64,000 nt of DNA, taken from an uncultured Bacteroidales bacterium. GTDB taxonomy: Bacteria; Bacteroidota; Bacteroidia; Bacteroidales; UBA3663. A program made the position numbers and the translations under genes. The notes beneath the pieces were generated by a model that saw nothing but the letters and a program-made list of their open reading frames with translations, was not told where the DNA came from and did not search any database. The DNA is taken from the NCBI GenBank assembly GCA_905235375.1, contig CAJOLH010000002.1, positions 13,416 through 77,415 on the forward strand, in the 5' to 3' direction. Shown here in pieces: positions 1-10,081 of the stretch. Each line of letters starts with the position of its first letter. Within the stretch, counting starts at the first letter, position 1.

Positions 1-248
1 TATATCAGGTTTGTATGGATTCTGATGTAAACTTCTGGAAAGTCTCTGCTGCTAACCTGCCGTGGACAGTGGTTCGCGATACGGAACTCCTTTTCGATGA
101 GAACGGTATGGTACAGTACAGCGCTGCTGCTGCTCTTTATAACGTCAGCAATATTCCCACAACCTTCATCATGGGTAAAGACGGAGCAGCAATGAGTCGT
201 GTAGAAGATGATTCAAAACTCGAGTCAGCCGTAGCAAAGGTGATGTAA
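1..248 (+). CDS. Thioredoxin-fold (TlpA/AhpC-TSA-like) protein, C-terminal fragment; 5' end lies outside the window
   Basis: The frame is open from the window edge (codons from nt 3 read YQVCMDSD...). The tail ...NLPWTVVRD...NIPTTFIMGKDG... resembles the C-terminal half of Bacteroidota thiol-disulfide oxidoreductases such as the full-length gene at 13415..14446. Confidence 0.5.
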   Translation, partial: YQVCMDSDVNFWKVSAANLPWTVVRDTELLFDENGMVQYSAAAALYNVSNIPTTFIMGKDGAAMSRVEDDSKLESAVAKVM

Positions 249-305
249 TACAATCTTCGCCAGCTACGACGAAGGCGGAGAAAGTTTCATTCTTACGAAA
301 CAGCA

Positions 306-342
306 CATAACGTAGGGCACAAGCTCTACGCTATGTGATTTT
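306..342 (+). terminator. Candidate rho-independent terminator after the partial thioredoxin-like gene
   Basis: 10 bp stem CATAACGTAG (306-315) / CTACGCTATG (326-335) with one mismatch, followed by TGATTTT. Confidence 0.35.
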
Positions 343-403
343 AATAATAATATAATTTAATAACAATCAAATATTAACTAAATTTACAATTTAGAAAAAC
401 ACT

Positions 404-871
404 ATGGCAGAAGTAATGTCAGAAGAGGGTTTCAAGGCAATCCTCGCAGAAATTCAGTATCTGGAAAGCGTAGAACGTCCAAAGGCATCACAGGCTATTG
501 CCGAGGCTCGCGACAAAGGCGACCTTAGCGAAAATGCCGAATATGACGCAGCCAAGGATGCTCAAGGGAAACTTGAAGCAAGGATAGCTCTGCTCAAGGA
601 CAAGGTGGCCAACGCTCGTATCATCGATGCTACCAAACTCAGCACCGACAAGATTCAGATCATGAGCAAGGTGCGTTTGCTCAACCACAGACTCAAGAAA
701 GAGGTATCTTACACTATCGTATCGGAATCGGAAGCCAATTTCCTGGAAGGCAAGATTTCGGTAGCTACCCCTATAGCCAAGGCGCTGCTAAACCACAAAG
801 TGGGAGACATCGTAGAGGTGAGGGTACCAGCTGGTGTGCAGCAGCTCGAAGTTCTTGAAATCAGCCTTTAA
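404..871 (+). CDS. greA: Transcription elongation factor GreA
   Basis: 155 aa. The N-terminal coiled-coil carries the acidic tip (ARDKGDLSENAEYDAAKDAQ), and the C-terminal globular domain contains ISVATPIAKALLNHKVGDIVEV. Confidence 0.95.
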   Translation: MAEVMSEEGFKAILAEIQYLESVERPKASQAIAEARDKGDLSENAEYDAAKDAQGKLEARIALLKDKVANARIIDATKLSTDKIQIMSKVRLLNHRLKKEVSYTIVSESEANFLEGKISVATPIAKALLNHKVGDIVEVRVPAGVQQLEVLEISL

Positions 872-892
872 CCATTTTTTTCATTATTCATT

Positions 893-1285
893 ATGACACT
901 CTTTTCACGAATCGTCGCTGGTGAAATTCCCAGCTATAAAGTTGCTGAAGACGAACAGTTCTACGCATTCCTCGACATCAATCCCGTCGCCAAAGGACAT
1001 ACCCTCGTCATCCCCAAACAGGAGGTGGATTATATCTTTGACGAAAGTGATGAACAAATATCTGCCCACATTGTCTTTGCCAAACGTGTGGCTTCAGCCA
1101 TCAGGAAAGCTATTCCTTGCGTAAAGGTTGGAATATGTGTGATGGGTCTCGAAGTACCTCATGCTCACATTCACCTCATCCCAATGCAGACTGAAGGTGA
1201 TATGAACTTCTATAAGGAGCATCTTAAGCTTGAGGCCGACGAGATGAAAGCAATCTGTGAAAAGATTGCTGCAAACTTTGAATAA
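893..1285 (+). CDS. HIT (histidine triad) family nucleotide hydrolase
   Basis: 130 aa. KGHTLVIPK motif plus the histidine triad VPHAHIHLIP. Confidence 0.9.
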   Translation: MTLFSRIVAGEIPSYKVAEDEQFYAFLDINPVAKGHTLVIPKQEVDYIFDESDEQISAHIVFAKRVASAIRKAIPCVKVGICVMGLEVPHAHIHLIPMQTEGDMNFYKEHLKLEADEMKAICEKIAANFE

Positions 1286-1350
1286 ATGTTTACTTTTCGC
1301 CCAATTCGACACATACTTATAAAGCGAACAAGTAACACCTTATAAAATTT

Positions 1351-2049
1351 ATGAAGAACGAATTTTACAAGTATGCAACCCAGCATGTTGGTCTGAACAG
1401 TAATGCGCTCGACCAATACATGCGTTTTACCAGCCAACAGGCTTCAACACTGACACCCCGTGCCAGTTACATCAACCCATCAATTATCGAGGAGCGACAG
1501 CTCAACGTAGCTCAGATGGACGTATTCAGCCGCTTGATGATGGATCGTATCATCTTCCTCGGCACCGAGATTGACGAATATTCGGCTAATGTGGTACAGG
1601 CCCAGCTACTTTTCCTGGCGAGCACTGAGTCAGATAAGGACATCACGATGTACCTGAATTCCCCCGGCGGTATTGTCAGTGGTGGACTTGCCATCTATGA
1701 CACAATGCAATACATCTCGTGCGATGTTTCGACTGTCGTTACAGGTATGGCAGCATCGATGGCTTCCGTGCTTCTCGTTGCGGGAACCAAGGGAAAGCGT
1801 TTCGCCCTGCCTCACAGTCGTGTCATGATTCATCAGCCACTTGGTGGTACACAGGGTCAGGCCAGCGACATGGAAATCGCCGTGAACGAAATCAAGCGCC
1901 TTAAGGCAGAACTCTACCATATACTTGCCGATCATAGCGGCCAATCTTACAAGCAAATAGAGAAGGATTGCGATCGCGACCATTACATGACAGCCCAGGA
2001 AGCTCTCGAATATGGAATGATTGACAAAATCTTTACTCGCACGAAATAA
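1351..2049 (+). CDS. clpP: ATP-dependent Clp protease proteolytic subunit ClpP
   Basis: 232 aa. DRIIFLGTEIDEYSANVVQAQLLFL, the catalytic Ser context GMAASMASVLL, and IHQPLGG. The stop overlaps the clpX ATG by 1 nt (TAATG). Confidence 0.95.
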   Translation: MKNEFYKYATQHVGLNSNALDQYMRFTSQQASTLTPRASYINPSIIEERQLNVAQMDVFSRLMMDRIIFLGTEIDEYSANVVQAQLLFLASTESDKDITMYLNSPGGIVSGGLAIYDTMQYISCDVSTVVTGMAASMASVLLVAGTKGKRFALPHSRVMIHQPLGGTQGQASDMEIAVNEIKRLKAELYHILADHSGQSYKQIEKDCDRDHYMTAQEALEYGMIDKIFTRTK

Positions 2050-3287
2050 TGGCCAGGACAAAAGAAGATCATTGTAACTTTTGCGGACGCGGACGTTCAG
2101 AAGTGAATCTTCTCATTTCTGGCATAAATGGCTTTATCTGCGATCAATGTGCCGAACAGGCAAAGATGATTCTGGATGAAGCAATGGCCAGAAATCGCAA
2201 GGATGAGATCGACACCCTCGACTTCGCTTCCTTGCCTCGTCCGAACGACATCAAGGAGTTCTTGGATGGCTATGTCATTGGTCAGGAGGAGGCGAAGAAA
2301 GCGCTTTGTGTAGCTGTCTATAACCATTACAAGCGATTGCTTCAACCCAAGGATCATGATGGAGTAGAGATTGAAAAGTCGAATATCATCATGGTCGGTC
2401 GTACCGGCACTGGCAAGACGTTGCTTGCCAGGACAATCGCGAAGATGCTGAAGGTTCCTTTCGCTATTGTCGATGCCACTGTACTCACCGAAGCCGGCTA
2501 TGTAGGCGAAGATGTTGAAAGCATTCTCACCCGCCTGCTGATGGACTGTGACTATGACACGAAGAGAGCCGAGCGTGGCATTGTCTTCATCGACGAAATT
2601 GACAAGATTGCCCGCAAGGGAGATAATCCTTCGATTACACGTGACGTGTCGGGCGAAGGTGTGCAACAAGGACTCTTGAAGCTCCTCGAAGGTTCAAAGG
2701 TCAACGTTCCACCTGCCGGAGGCCGCAAGCATCCAGAACAGAAATTCATTGAAGTGGATACTACCAACATCCTCTTCATCTGTGGTGGAGCGTTCGATGG
2801 AATTGAAACGAAAATCGCTGCCCGTCTGAATACGCACAGTGTAGGTTTCAAGACCGACGAAAAACGAAAGGATGTGGATCGTGATAACCTGCTGCAGTAT
2901 ATTACTCCCGCCGACCTCAAAAAGTTCGGACTTATACCCGAGATTGTCGGTCGTCTGCCCATACTTACTTACCTTGAGCCGCTTGACAAGGATGCACTTC
3001 GAAGGATTCTTACTGAACCAAGAAATGCAATCACCAAGCAGTATGTGAAGCTATTTGCTATGGATGGCATAAAATTGACCTACGATGAAGCAGTCTATGA
3101 CTACATTGTCGCCAAAGCCATCGAATTCAAGCTTGGGGCTCGCGGTCTTCGCAGCATCACCGAAAGCATCATGATGGATGCAATGTTCTCCATGCCTTCG
3201 AGCAACAAGAAGTCATTGAAGATAACTCTTGACTATGCGAAGGAACAGCTTTCGAAATCAAGTCTGGAGCGTATGCAGGTATCGTAA
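2049..3287 (+). CDS. clpX: ATP-dependent Clp protease ATP-binding subunit ClpX
   Basis: 412 aa. N-terminal zinc-binding CNFCGR...CDQC, Walker A GRTGTGKTLLA, Walker B IVFIDEIDK, pore loop GYVGEDV. Confidence 0.97.
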   Translation: MARTKEDHCNFCGRGRSEVNLLISGINGFICDQCAEQAKMILDEAMARNRKDEIDTLDFASLPRPNDIKEFLDGYVIGQEEAKKALCVAVYNHYKRLLQPKDHDGVEIEKSNIIMVGRTGTGKTLLARTIAKMLKVPFAIVDATVLTEAGYVGEDVESILTRLLMDCDYDTKRAERGIVFIDEIDKIARKGDNPSITRDVSGEGVQQGLLKLLEGSKVNVPPAGGRKHPEQKFIEVDTTNILFICGGAFDGIETKIAARLNTHSVGFKTDEKRKDVDRDNLLQYITPADLKKFGLIPEIVGRLPILTYLEPLDKDALRRILTEPRNAITKQYVKLFAMDGIKLTYDEAVYDYIVAKAIEFKLGARGLRSITESIMMDAMFSMPSSNKKSLKITLDYAKEQLSKSSLERMQVS

Positions 3288-3314
3288 TCAAACATCGCCT
3301 TACCACTTATCTGT

Positions 3315-4109
3315 ATGAAAAATGCATTGACATTCGTATTTGCACTGTTCGTAGCATTTGTAACCGTATATGCACAGAACAACGATCCGCGTGCCCATAT
3401 TGAAGCAAATGATTGTCCGAATGGAGCTATTTATCTGCCTGCACCTCCTACACTGGACGAAAGCCGTTTTCTGAATGACTTCGCTCAGTATCGTTGGGGA
3501 GTCCGAGAACGTAACAACAGCGAACGTCTCGAACTTGCGCTGACCGATGGCAGCCGTGATGAAGAATTGTTAATGCAGCGTTTTGCTCCCGCATTGGGTT
3601 TTACCATTACAGCCCAGAATGCGCCCAAGACCTTTCAGTTGATGAGAAAATTACGTTACGATGCAACTGCTGCCTGTGAAATGGCCAAGGTTACATTCGC
3701 ACGTAAGCGCCCTTACCAGCAATTCGGAGAACATACTCCCTGCCCTGAATGGGAGAATGATCGTCCAAATTCCTACCCCTCTGCCCATACTGCGCAGGGT
3801 TGGCTCTACGCCATGGTCCTTACCTATCTTGATCCGGAAAATCAGAACGAGATTCTCAAGATAGGCTACGACTATGGCGTAAGTCGTATCATTTTGGGTT
3901 ATCATTACCAAAGCGATACCGATGCGGGTCGTTTGGCTGCATCGGCAACCTTCGCCCGGCTACTTGCCTTGCCAGGATTTATTGAAGAGCTTCAGGAAGC
4001 TAAAGAGGAATATCAAGCCTTGAAGCATCGGATGATGAATCGGCCTATAGTTGTCCATTACGAGAACGATGTGCATTGTGGCATCGAAGAATATGCCAAT
4101 CCCCAGTGA
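3315..4109 (+). CDS. Class A (PAP2-type) bacterial acid phosphatase, secreted
   Basis: Signal peptide, then the PAP2 signature KRPYQQF ... YPSAHT ... SRIILGYHYQSD (KX6RP / PSGH / SRX5HX3D). Confidence 0.8.
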   Translation: MKNALTFVFALFVAFVTVYAQNNDPRAHIEANDCPNGAIYLPAPPTLDESRFLNDFAQYRWGVRERNNSERLELALTDGSRDEELLMQRFAPALGFTITAQNAPKTFQLMRKLRYDATAACEMAKVTFARKRPYQQFGEHTPCPEWENDRPNSYPSAHTAQGWLYAMVLTYLDPENQNEILKIGYDYGVSRIILGYHYQSDTDAGRLAASATFARLLALPGFIEELQEAKEEYQALKHRMMNRPIVVHYENDVHCGIEEYANPQ

Positions 4110-4163
4110 AGAATAACAAATAAGTAAATGTCCTAAAGATTTCGAAACTATGTTAATCGTTCT

Positions 4164-6737
4164 ATGAATAACGCAATTCCGAAACAACGAAATCTTATGT
4201 CATATAATCTAAATCAAATTTCGCAAATACTTGGATGCACACTACGAGGAAATCGGCTGGCTACAGCCAACACGCAGCCGAAAGTCTCCTTGTTGCTGAC
4301 CGACAGCCGCAGTCTGTCGTTTGCCGACCAAACGCTCTTCTTCGCTATCAAGACCTCGAAGGGCGATGGACATCGATTTATACCTCAGCTCTACAACCAA
4401 GGGGTTCGGGCTTTTGTTATATCAGAAAGCAATGAGGAATTTCGCAACACCTGTCCCGAAGGATGGTTCCTCGTGGTGCCTGATACGCTCAATGCCCTTC
4501 AGAAACTGGCTGCAGCACATCGTCGTCAGTTTGACAACCTTCCCGTCATAGGCATTACCGGCTCCAATGGAAAAACCATCGTCAAGGAATGGCTCTATCA
4601 GTTGCTGAGTCCTTTCCGCAATATCGTTCGTTCACCTCGAAGCTATAATTCACAAATAGGTGTGCCCTTAAGTGTTTGGCAACTCAACGAGGATTGTGAC
4701 CTGGCAATCTTTGAAGCTGGAATCAGCCAACCGGGTGAGATGGAGAAACTCGAACCCATCATCAAACCGACTATCGGCATACTTACCAACATCGGAACTG
4801 CACACGATGCAGGTTTCGAGTCGCAACAACAGAAACTCGTCGAAAAACTTTACCTCTTTCGCAACTGCGATGTCATCATCTACAATGCCGATATCCCTGG
4901 CATAAGTGATGCCCTCGAAATAGCAGGTGTCGGTGCTCGAAGTATGGCATGGACTCGTCGTCATAAAGATGCACAGATTACCGTACTCAATGTAGAACGC
5001 AGTGAGACAGCCACCAAGGTAGATTATCTTGTATTGGGCATAGAGGGAAGCTTCACTATTCCGATGACCGACGATGCTTCTTTCGAGAATGCGATGCAAT
5101 GCCTTTGCCTGATGGTTTATCTTGCCATTTCTCCTGCACAAATAGCCGAGCGGATGGGGCTTCTGGCTCCTCTCGCCATGCGTCTTGAGGTGATGGAAGG
5201 CAAACTGGGTTGCATGATCATTAACGACGTCTATAGCAACGACCTTACTTCCTTGCAGGCTGCACTTGAGTTCCAGAAACGCCGTAGTGTTCCTTCTTTA
5301 ACCAATACACTCGTTTTGAGCGATGTGCCACAAGTGCCGTTAGACGAGTCGCATCTATGTCGAAGGGTTGCACAATTATGCCAAATCTACAATATCAGCA
5401 AACTCATTCTTGTCGGCTCCAGCTCAGTGCATTCGTCGGCAATACTGCGTCACGAACTGAACGAACTTGACCTTCACATTCCTACATCGTTTTTTGAATC
5501 CACCGAAGCCCTACTTGAAAGTGAAACGATACAGCAGTTCCAGAACGAACTGATTCTTCTCAAAGGGGCACGAACCTATCAGTTTGAACGCATCAGCGAC
5601 GAATTGCAGCTTCGTCGCCATGAGACGATATTGGAGATTAACCTCGATGCCATTGTTCACAACCTGAACAGCTATCGCAGTCATCTAAAGCCCGAAACCA
5701 AACTGACCTGTATGGTCAAGGCCTTTGGATATGGTACTGGCAGCTACGAACTTGCCAAGACTCTCCAAGACCAGAATGTCGATTACCTAGCAGTTGCTGT
5801 CGCCGACGAAGGTGCAGAACTGCGTCGGCAAGGCATCAGCACACGTATCATCGTGATGAATCCCGAGATGTCGGCCTTCCGAACAATTATCGAGAATCGT
5901 CTTGAACCCGAAATCTACAGCTTCAGGCTTCTGAATGCTTTCGTCAAGGAAGCTCAACGTATGAGTGTCACCGACTATCCTGTGCATATCAAGATAGACT
6001 CAGGTATGCATCGTCTTGGCTTCCAACTTCCCGAGATGGAGGAGCTGATTAACTGCTTCCAGCATCAGAATGCCATCACTATACGTTCCGTTTTCAGCCA
6101 TTTCGCCACGGCGGACGACCCAAACCAGGAAGACTTTGTACACGAGCAGAAACACCGTTTTGACCTTTGTGCCGACAAACTGAGAGCCTCATTCCCCCAT
6201 AACATCCTACGTCATATCTGCAATTCGGCAGGAATCGAAGTTTATCCGCAATATCAGATGGAAATGTGTCGTCTGGGCATTGGACTCTATGGCTTCGAAG
6301 CAGCTCCAGTTGATATGAATCTACAGCCAGTGGCAACACTTCGCACCACGATCCTGCAAATCAAGTACATTCCTGCCACCGAAACCATCGGCTATATGCG
6401 CAATGGCAAACTGAAACGCGATTCACGCATCGCAATGGTACCCATCGGATATGCTGACGGTTATGACCGTCGCCTCGGCAATGGCAACAGCGAGATGCTC
6501 GTCTTTGGTCTAACAGGCAACAATGAAGGCAAGCTTTGTCCCACCATCGGCAATGTCTGCATGGACGTAACATTCCTCGATGTGACCGATTGTCCACAGG
6601 CGCAAGAAGGTTCGCAGGTCGAGGTATTTGGCAGTCACCTCCCTCTGACGAATATCAGCAACAAATTAGGTACGATTACCTATGAGGTGCTATCTACGGT
6701 ATCATCACGCGTGAAACGTGTTTATTACAAAGAATAA
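4164..6737 (+). CDS. Bifunctional UDP-MurNAc-pentapeptide synthetase (MurF) / alanine racemase (Alr) fusion
   Basis: 857 aa. The N-terminal half has the Mur ligase P-loop GITGSNGKT. The C-terminal half has the PLP-lysine context VKAFGYGTG and a racemase C-terminal region (GYADGYDR...). An alternative start at ATG 4197 is possible. Confidence 0.9.
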   Translation: MNNAIPKQRNLMSYNLNQISQILGCTLRGNRLATANTQPKVSLLLTDSRSLSFADQTLFFAIKTSKGDGHRFIPQLYNQGVRAFVISESNEEFRNTCPEGWFLVVPDTLNALQKLAAAHRRQFDNLPVIGITGSNGKTIVKEWLYQLLSPFRNIVRSPRSYNSQIGVPLSVWQLNEDCDLAIFEAGISQPGEMEKLEPIIKPTIGILTNIGTAHDAGFESQQQKLVEKLYLFRNCDVIIYNADIPGISDALEIAGVGARSMAWTRRHKDAQITVLNVERSETATKVDYLVLGIEGSFTIPMTDDASFENAMQCLCLMVYLAISPAQIAERMGLLAPLAMRLEVMEGKLGCMIINDVYSNDLTSLQAALEFQKRRSVPSLTNTLVLSDVPQVPLDESHLCRRVAQLCQIYNISKLILVGSSSVHSSAILRHELNELDLHIPTSFFESTEALLESETIQQFQNELILLKGARTYQFERISDELQLRRHETILEINLDAIVHNLNSYRSHLKPETKLTCMVKAFGYGTGSYELAKTLQDQNVDYLAVAVADEGAELRRQGISTRIIVMNPEMSAFRTIIENRLEPEIYSFRLLNAFVKEAQRMSVTDYPVHIKIDSGMHRLGFQLPEMEELINCFQHQNAITIRSVFSHFATADDPNQEDFVHEQKHRFDLCADKLRASFPHNILRHICNSAGIEVYPQYQMEMCRLGIGLYGFEAAPVDMNLQPVATLRTTILQIKYIPATETIGYMRNGKLKRDSRIAMVPIGYADGYDRRLGNGNSEMLVFGLTGNNEGKLCPTIGNVCMDVTFLDVTDCPQAQEGSQVEVFGSHLPLTNISNKLGTITYEVLSTVSSRVKRVYYKE

Positions 6738-6760
6738 TTAATCGTTCATTTAGAAACCTC

Positions 6761-8017
6761 GTGATTCGCAAACTCCTTACATTATTGACCTGCATTCTTC
6801 TTTGTCAGACTGTGTCCGCACAAGACATAGCCGACTCGACATTGATGCAATATCTGCGACACGAGGGTTTGGTATCTTATCCTGCACGCGACATTCGTAT
6901 CTATACCAATGCGCATGACAAACTCGTGGATCTTTTCCACGATATTGACAATGCCAAACGAAAGGTGTGGATTGAATATCTGATCATTGCCAACGACAGC
7001 ATAGGAAAACTTTGTATGCAGCACCTTGAACACGCCGCCAAACGCGGTTGCGAGGTCCGCATGATGACCGATGACTATAAAGACTGGGAGCGCGGCTACG
7101 GTATGCGCACTCAAGAGGGCATGGACAGCATACGCAACCTTGGTATTGATTTCGTGACCTTCGATCGATTCCGTTTCCCGTGGATTAACCACGTCTGTCG
7201 CGATCATCGAAAGATTGTGAATATCGATGACAGCATCGGCTACATCGGTGGATTCAATATCGCCGATTACTATGTCAATGGGAATCCTTCCTACGGAGGT
7301 TGGCGTGACACACATATCCGCATAACTGGAGCTGCTGTCGAAGGTATGGCAAAGTACTTCCATCAGCAATATCAAATTCGTGGAACAGGAGGCAAAGGCA
7401 AATACACTTTCGCACGGTACCTTTTCGACGAAGATTACCGGAACATGAACGAGCATACTCCCAAGGTGGTCTATTTCGAAAGGGGCAGAGCCAACAAAAA
7501 GAAGAAGGCAGAGGCACGCAATGCCATTATTGCAGCTTTTGATGCTGTCCAAGATACCATACGACTCGTCTCGCCATATCTCTTGCCCACACATACCGTC
7601 CGTCAGGCGATGATTCGTGCCATCGATCGTGGCGTACACGTTGAAGTACTCTTTTCGAAGAAGGGCGATATGGATATGCTGTCGTATGGCAATTTCCATT
7701 TCGCCAAAAGGCTAATTCGTCATGGAGCCCATGTCTTCCTCTACAAAGGCAGTTTCCATCATAGCAAGATCATGATGATAGATGGAGCAGTTTCGATGGT
7801 GGGCAGTGTCAACCTTAATTCACGCTCGCTCAAATGGGACTATGAGGCGGCCTGTTTTGTTTTCGACAGGAAGACGACAGCCGAACTCAATCGTATCTTC
7901 GAGGAAGACAAGTTACAATGCGACACATTTAGTCTCGAATATTACAAGCAGGAATTTCCACTAAAATTCCGTCGCAAAGGATGGTGGGTCGATCGGTTTC
8001 TGACACCGTTCTTCTGA
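6761..8017 (+). CDS. Phospholipase D-family protein, cardiolipin synthase-like
   Basis: 418 aa with a GTG start and a signal/anchor sequence. Two HKD motifs: HRKIVNIDD...GGFN and HHSKIMMIDG...GSVNLNSRS. Confidence 0.85.
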   Translation: MIRKLLTLLTCILLCQTVSAQDIADSTLMQYLRHEGLVSYPARDIRIYTNAHDKLVDLFHDIDNAKRKVWIEYLIIANDSIGKLCMQHLEHAAKRGCEVRMMTDDYKDWERGYGMRTQEGMDSIRNLGIDFVTFDRFRFPWINHVCRDHRKIVNIDDSIGYIGGFNIADYYVNGNPSYGGWRDTHIRITGAAVEGMAKYFHQQYQIRGTGGKGKYTFARYLFDEDYRNMNEHTPKVVYFERGRANKKKKAEARNAIIAAFDAVQDTIRLVSPYLLPTHTVRQAMIRAIDRGVHVEVLFSKKGDMDMLSYGNFHFAKRLIRHGAHVFLYKGSFHHSKIMMIDGAVSMVGSVNLNSRSLKWDYEAACFVFDRKTTAELNRIFEEDKLQCDTFSLEYYKQEFPLKFRRKGWWVDRFLTPFF

Positions 8018-8107
8018 TGTTTCGGTAATTCGTTATTTCTTTATTTCGAAATCCCGAAATTCCCATTCCAAAATCTTACATTAATTACCCTTAAATAAAT
8101 CCAAACC

Positions 8108-9079
8108 ATGCTTGACGATTATCTTCTTGGTCTTGATGACCTCAAAACACTGCATCAGTACCTTCATGATGTACCCTACGATGTCATTCGCAACAAGCTT
8201 TACACTTGTTACGACCTGTTCGATGCCTTTGACCCCGACGACTCGATGAGTTTCCAACGTTGTTTGGACACCCGTGTTTTCATGCATGTGACAAAGACGG
8301 GCAAGCAATCAACAAGCCGCCGTGAGAACGTTGCGCGCGGCATACATGACACCTGTATTCTGAATGCCATGCGAGCTTTCCTCAACGATTATGATCAGGT
8401 GCAGGTAGTGGGCATAATGGGTGGTCATGCCATGCAACGCACCGATGACGCATATCGTCAGACCGTATTGATCAGCAAGAAGCTGGCAGAATCAGGTTTC
8501 CTGATGATTAGCGGTGGCGGTCCGGGTGCTATGGAAGCAACACACCTTGGCGCATGGATGGCGGGCAGATCTGAAGAAGAGGTAGAGGAAGCCCTGAAAA
8601 TTTTAGCTCCAGCACCGAATTTCAAAAGTCCAGGGTGGCTATCGACTGCTTTCGACGTAATCAGCAAATTCCCACAAAGCCAATATAAGAGCCTTTCTAT
8701 CCCCACATGGTACTATGGACACGAACCGCCTACAGTCTTTGCCACGCATATCGCAAAGTTCTTCAACAACAGTATTCGCGAAGATACAATCCTCACCGAG
8801 GCATACGGCGGACTCATCTATATGCCGGGTAGTGCAGGAACCCTACAGGAGGTGTTCCAAGAGGCAGTGCAAGATCACTATGTCTCGCTGGGATATGCCA
8901 GTCCAATGGTCTTTATGGGCAAAAAATATTGGACTGAGACTGTACCCGTATGGCCCTTCATTCAGTTCATGATGAAGACGGGACAATATAAGAACCTTGT
9001 GCTCGACCTGTGTGACACAATCGACGAGATATACGAGACAATAGTAGATTTCCGATTTTCAAGACCTCCCAAGAAATGA
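8108..9079 (+). CDS. LOG/TIGR00730-family Rossmann-fold nucleotide-binding protein (nucleotide 5'-monophosphate nucleosidase-like)
   Basis: 323 aa. GGGPGAMEA and PGSAGTLQEVFQ motifs typical of the LOG family. Confidence 0.7.
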   Translation: MLDDYLLGLDDLKTLHQYLHDVPYDVIRNKLYTCYDLFDAFDPDDSMSFQRCLDTRVFMHVTKTGKQSTSRRENVARGIHDTCILNAMRAFLNDYDQVQVVGIMGGHAMQRTDDAYRQTVLISKKLAESGFLMISGGGPGAMEATHLGAWMAGRSEEEVEEALKILAPAPNFKSPGWLSTAFDVISKFPQSQYKSLSIPTWYYGHEPPTVFATHIAKFFNNSIREDTILTEAYGGLIYMPGSAGTLQEVFQEAVQDHYVSLGYASPMVFMGKKYWTETVPVWPFIQFMMKTGQYKNLVLDLCDTIDEIYETIVDFRFSRPPKK

Positions 9080-10029
9080 AACGCATCATTCTCTTCACCA
9101 TCGTGCTGTTCTCATGTTTCATCATGAAGGCTCACGATGACCAAACCCTCATGGACGATGCAGATCCTACGAGAATTGATCTATGGTCAACGGGGCAACA
9201 ACCCAATTCTCGTTTGCAAGGCGATGCTCTTCCGACCGACTCTATATCTCGTCAACGAATCTGGCGCTGCGGAGTGCCACGCATTTATGCCTATCTGCCT
9301 GTCAAAGAAGAGCGTTCCAAGACGGCTGTCATCCTCATTCCCGGTGGCGGTTACATCAAACAGGCATACGAGGTGAGTGGTGTTACGATGGCCAAATGGC
9401 TCAATAGCATTGGCATCACAGCTTTTGTTTTGCTCCATCGTCTGCCCAACCAAACAGAACTTATCGACCCTTGGAAAGCGCCGCTTCAGGATGCACAGCG
9501 AGCCATTCGTTATGTGCGTGCCCATGCCGAGGAATATGGCATCGACCCAAATTGCATCGGAGTGATGGGCACCAGCGCAGGAGCTCATTTCTCGGCCTGT
9601 GTAAGTACAATCACCGAAGACTGGTCGGCAGTGGGGGATGAGTACGACGATGTGCCGTTCCTCCCGAACTTCGCCATACTTGTAAGCCCAAACATCAACG
9701 AACAGGAGAACGAAACAGCGGGCAATAGAATGGATTTGTGCGGAGTTTCAAAAGATGATCCTACCTGGGCCAAACTATTTGCCATCGACAAGAGTGTGTC
9801 ATCGAACAATCCTCCCACGCTGATGATTCATGCTGCTGATGATCCTGCTGTCCCAGTCTTGAACAGTGTCAAGATGTTCAAGGCGTTGAAAGAAGCTGGA
9901 GTCGATAAATGCTCCTTGCACATCTTCCCTTTCGGCAAACATTCCATCGCCTTGCGTAACCAGCCGGGTTCTACAGCCCTCTGGCCTGACATCGCCGAAA
10001 AGTGGATGCACGAGGTAGGTGTCTTCTAA
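9076..10029 (+). CDS. Secreted alpha/beta-hydrolase (acetyl-esterase/lipase-like)
   Basis: 317 aa with a signal peptide. Oxyanion IPGGGY, nucleophile elbow GTSAGAH, and a C-terminal Asp/His region (HAADD...GKHS). The ATGA start overlaps the LOG gene stop. Confidence 0.7.
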   Translation: MKRIILFTIVLFSCFIMKAHDDQTLMDDADPTRIDLWSTGQQPNSRLQGDALPTDSISRQRIWRCGVPRIYAYLPVKEERSKTAVILIPGGGYIKQAYEVSGVTMAKWLNSIGITAFVLLHRLPNQTELIDPWKAPLQDAQRAIRYVRAHAEEYGIDPNCIGVMGTSAGAHFSACVSTITEDWSAVGDEYDDVPFLPNFAILVSPNINEQENETAGNRMDLCGVSKDDPTWAKLFAIDKSVSSNNPPTLMIHAADDPAVPVLNSVKMFKALKEAGVDKCSLHIFPFGKHSIALRNQPGSTALWPDIAEKWMHEVGVF

Positions 10030-10081
10030 TCTATCGAAGGGTCGTCAGTTTATTTTGAAAATTTAATACTTTATCATGAGA

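Noticed and set aside
4164-6737. MurF-Alr fusion as a novelty
   Set aside because: As far as I know, this bifunctional arrangement is a recognised lineage trait of Bacteroidota, so it is recorded as a feature and not as a finding.
6782-7699. 305 aa minus-strand ORF
   Set aside because: It is antisense to the phospholipase D-family gene, which has two clear HKD motifs.
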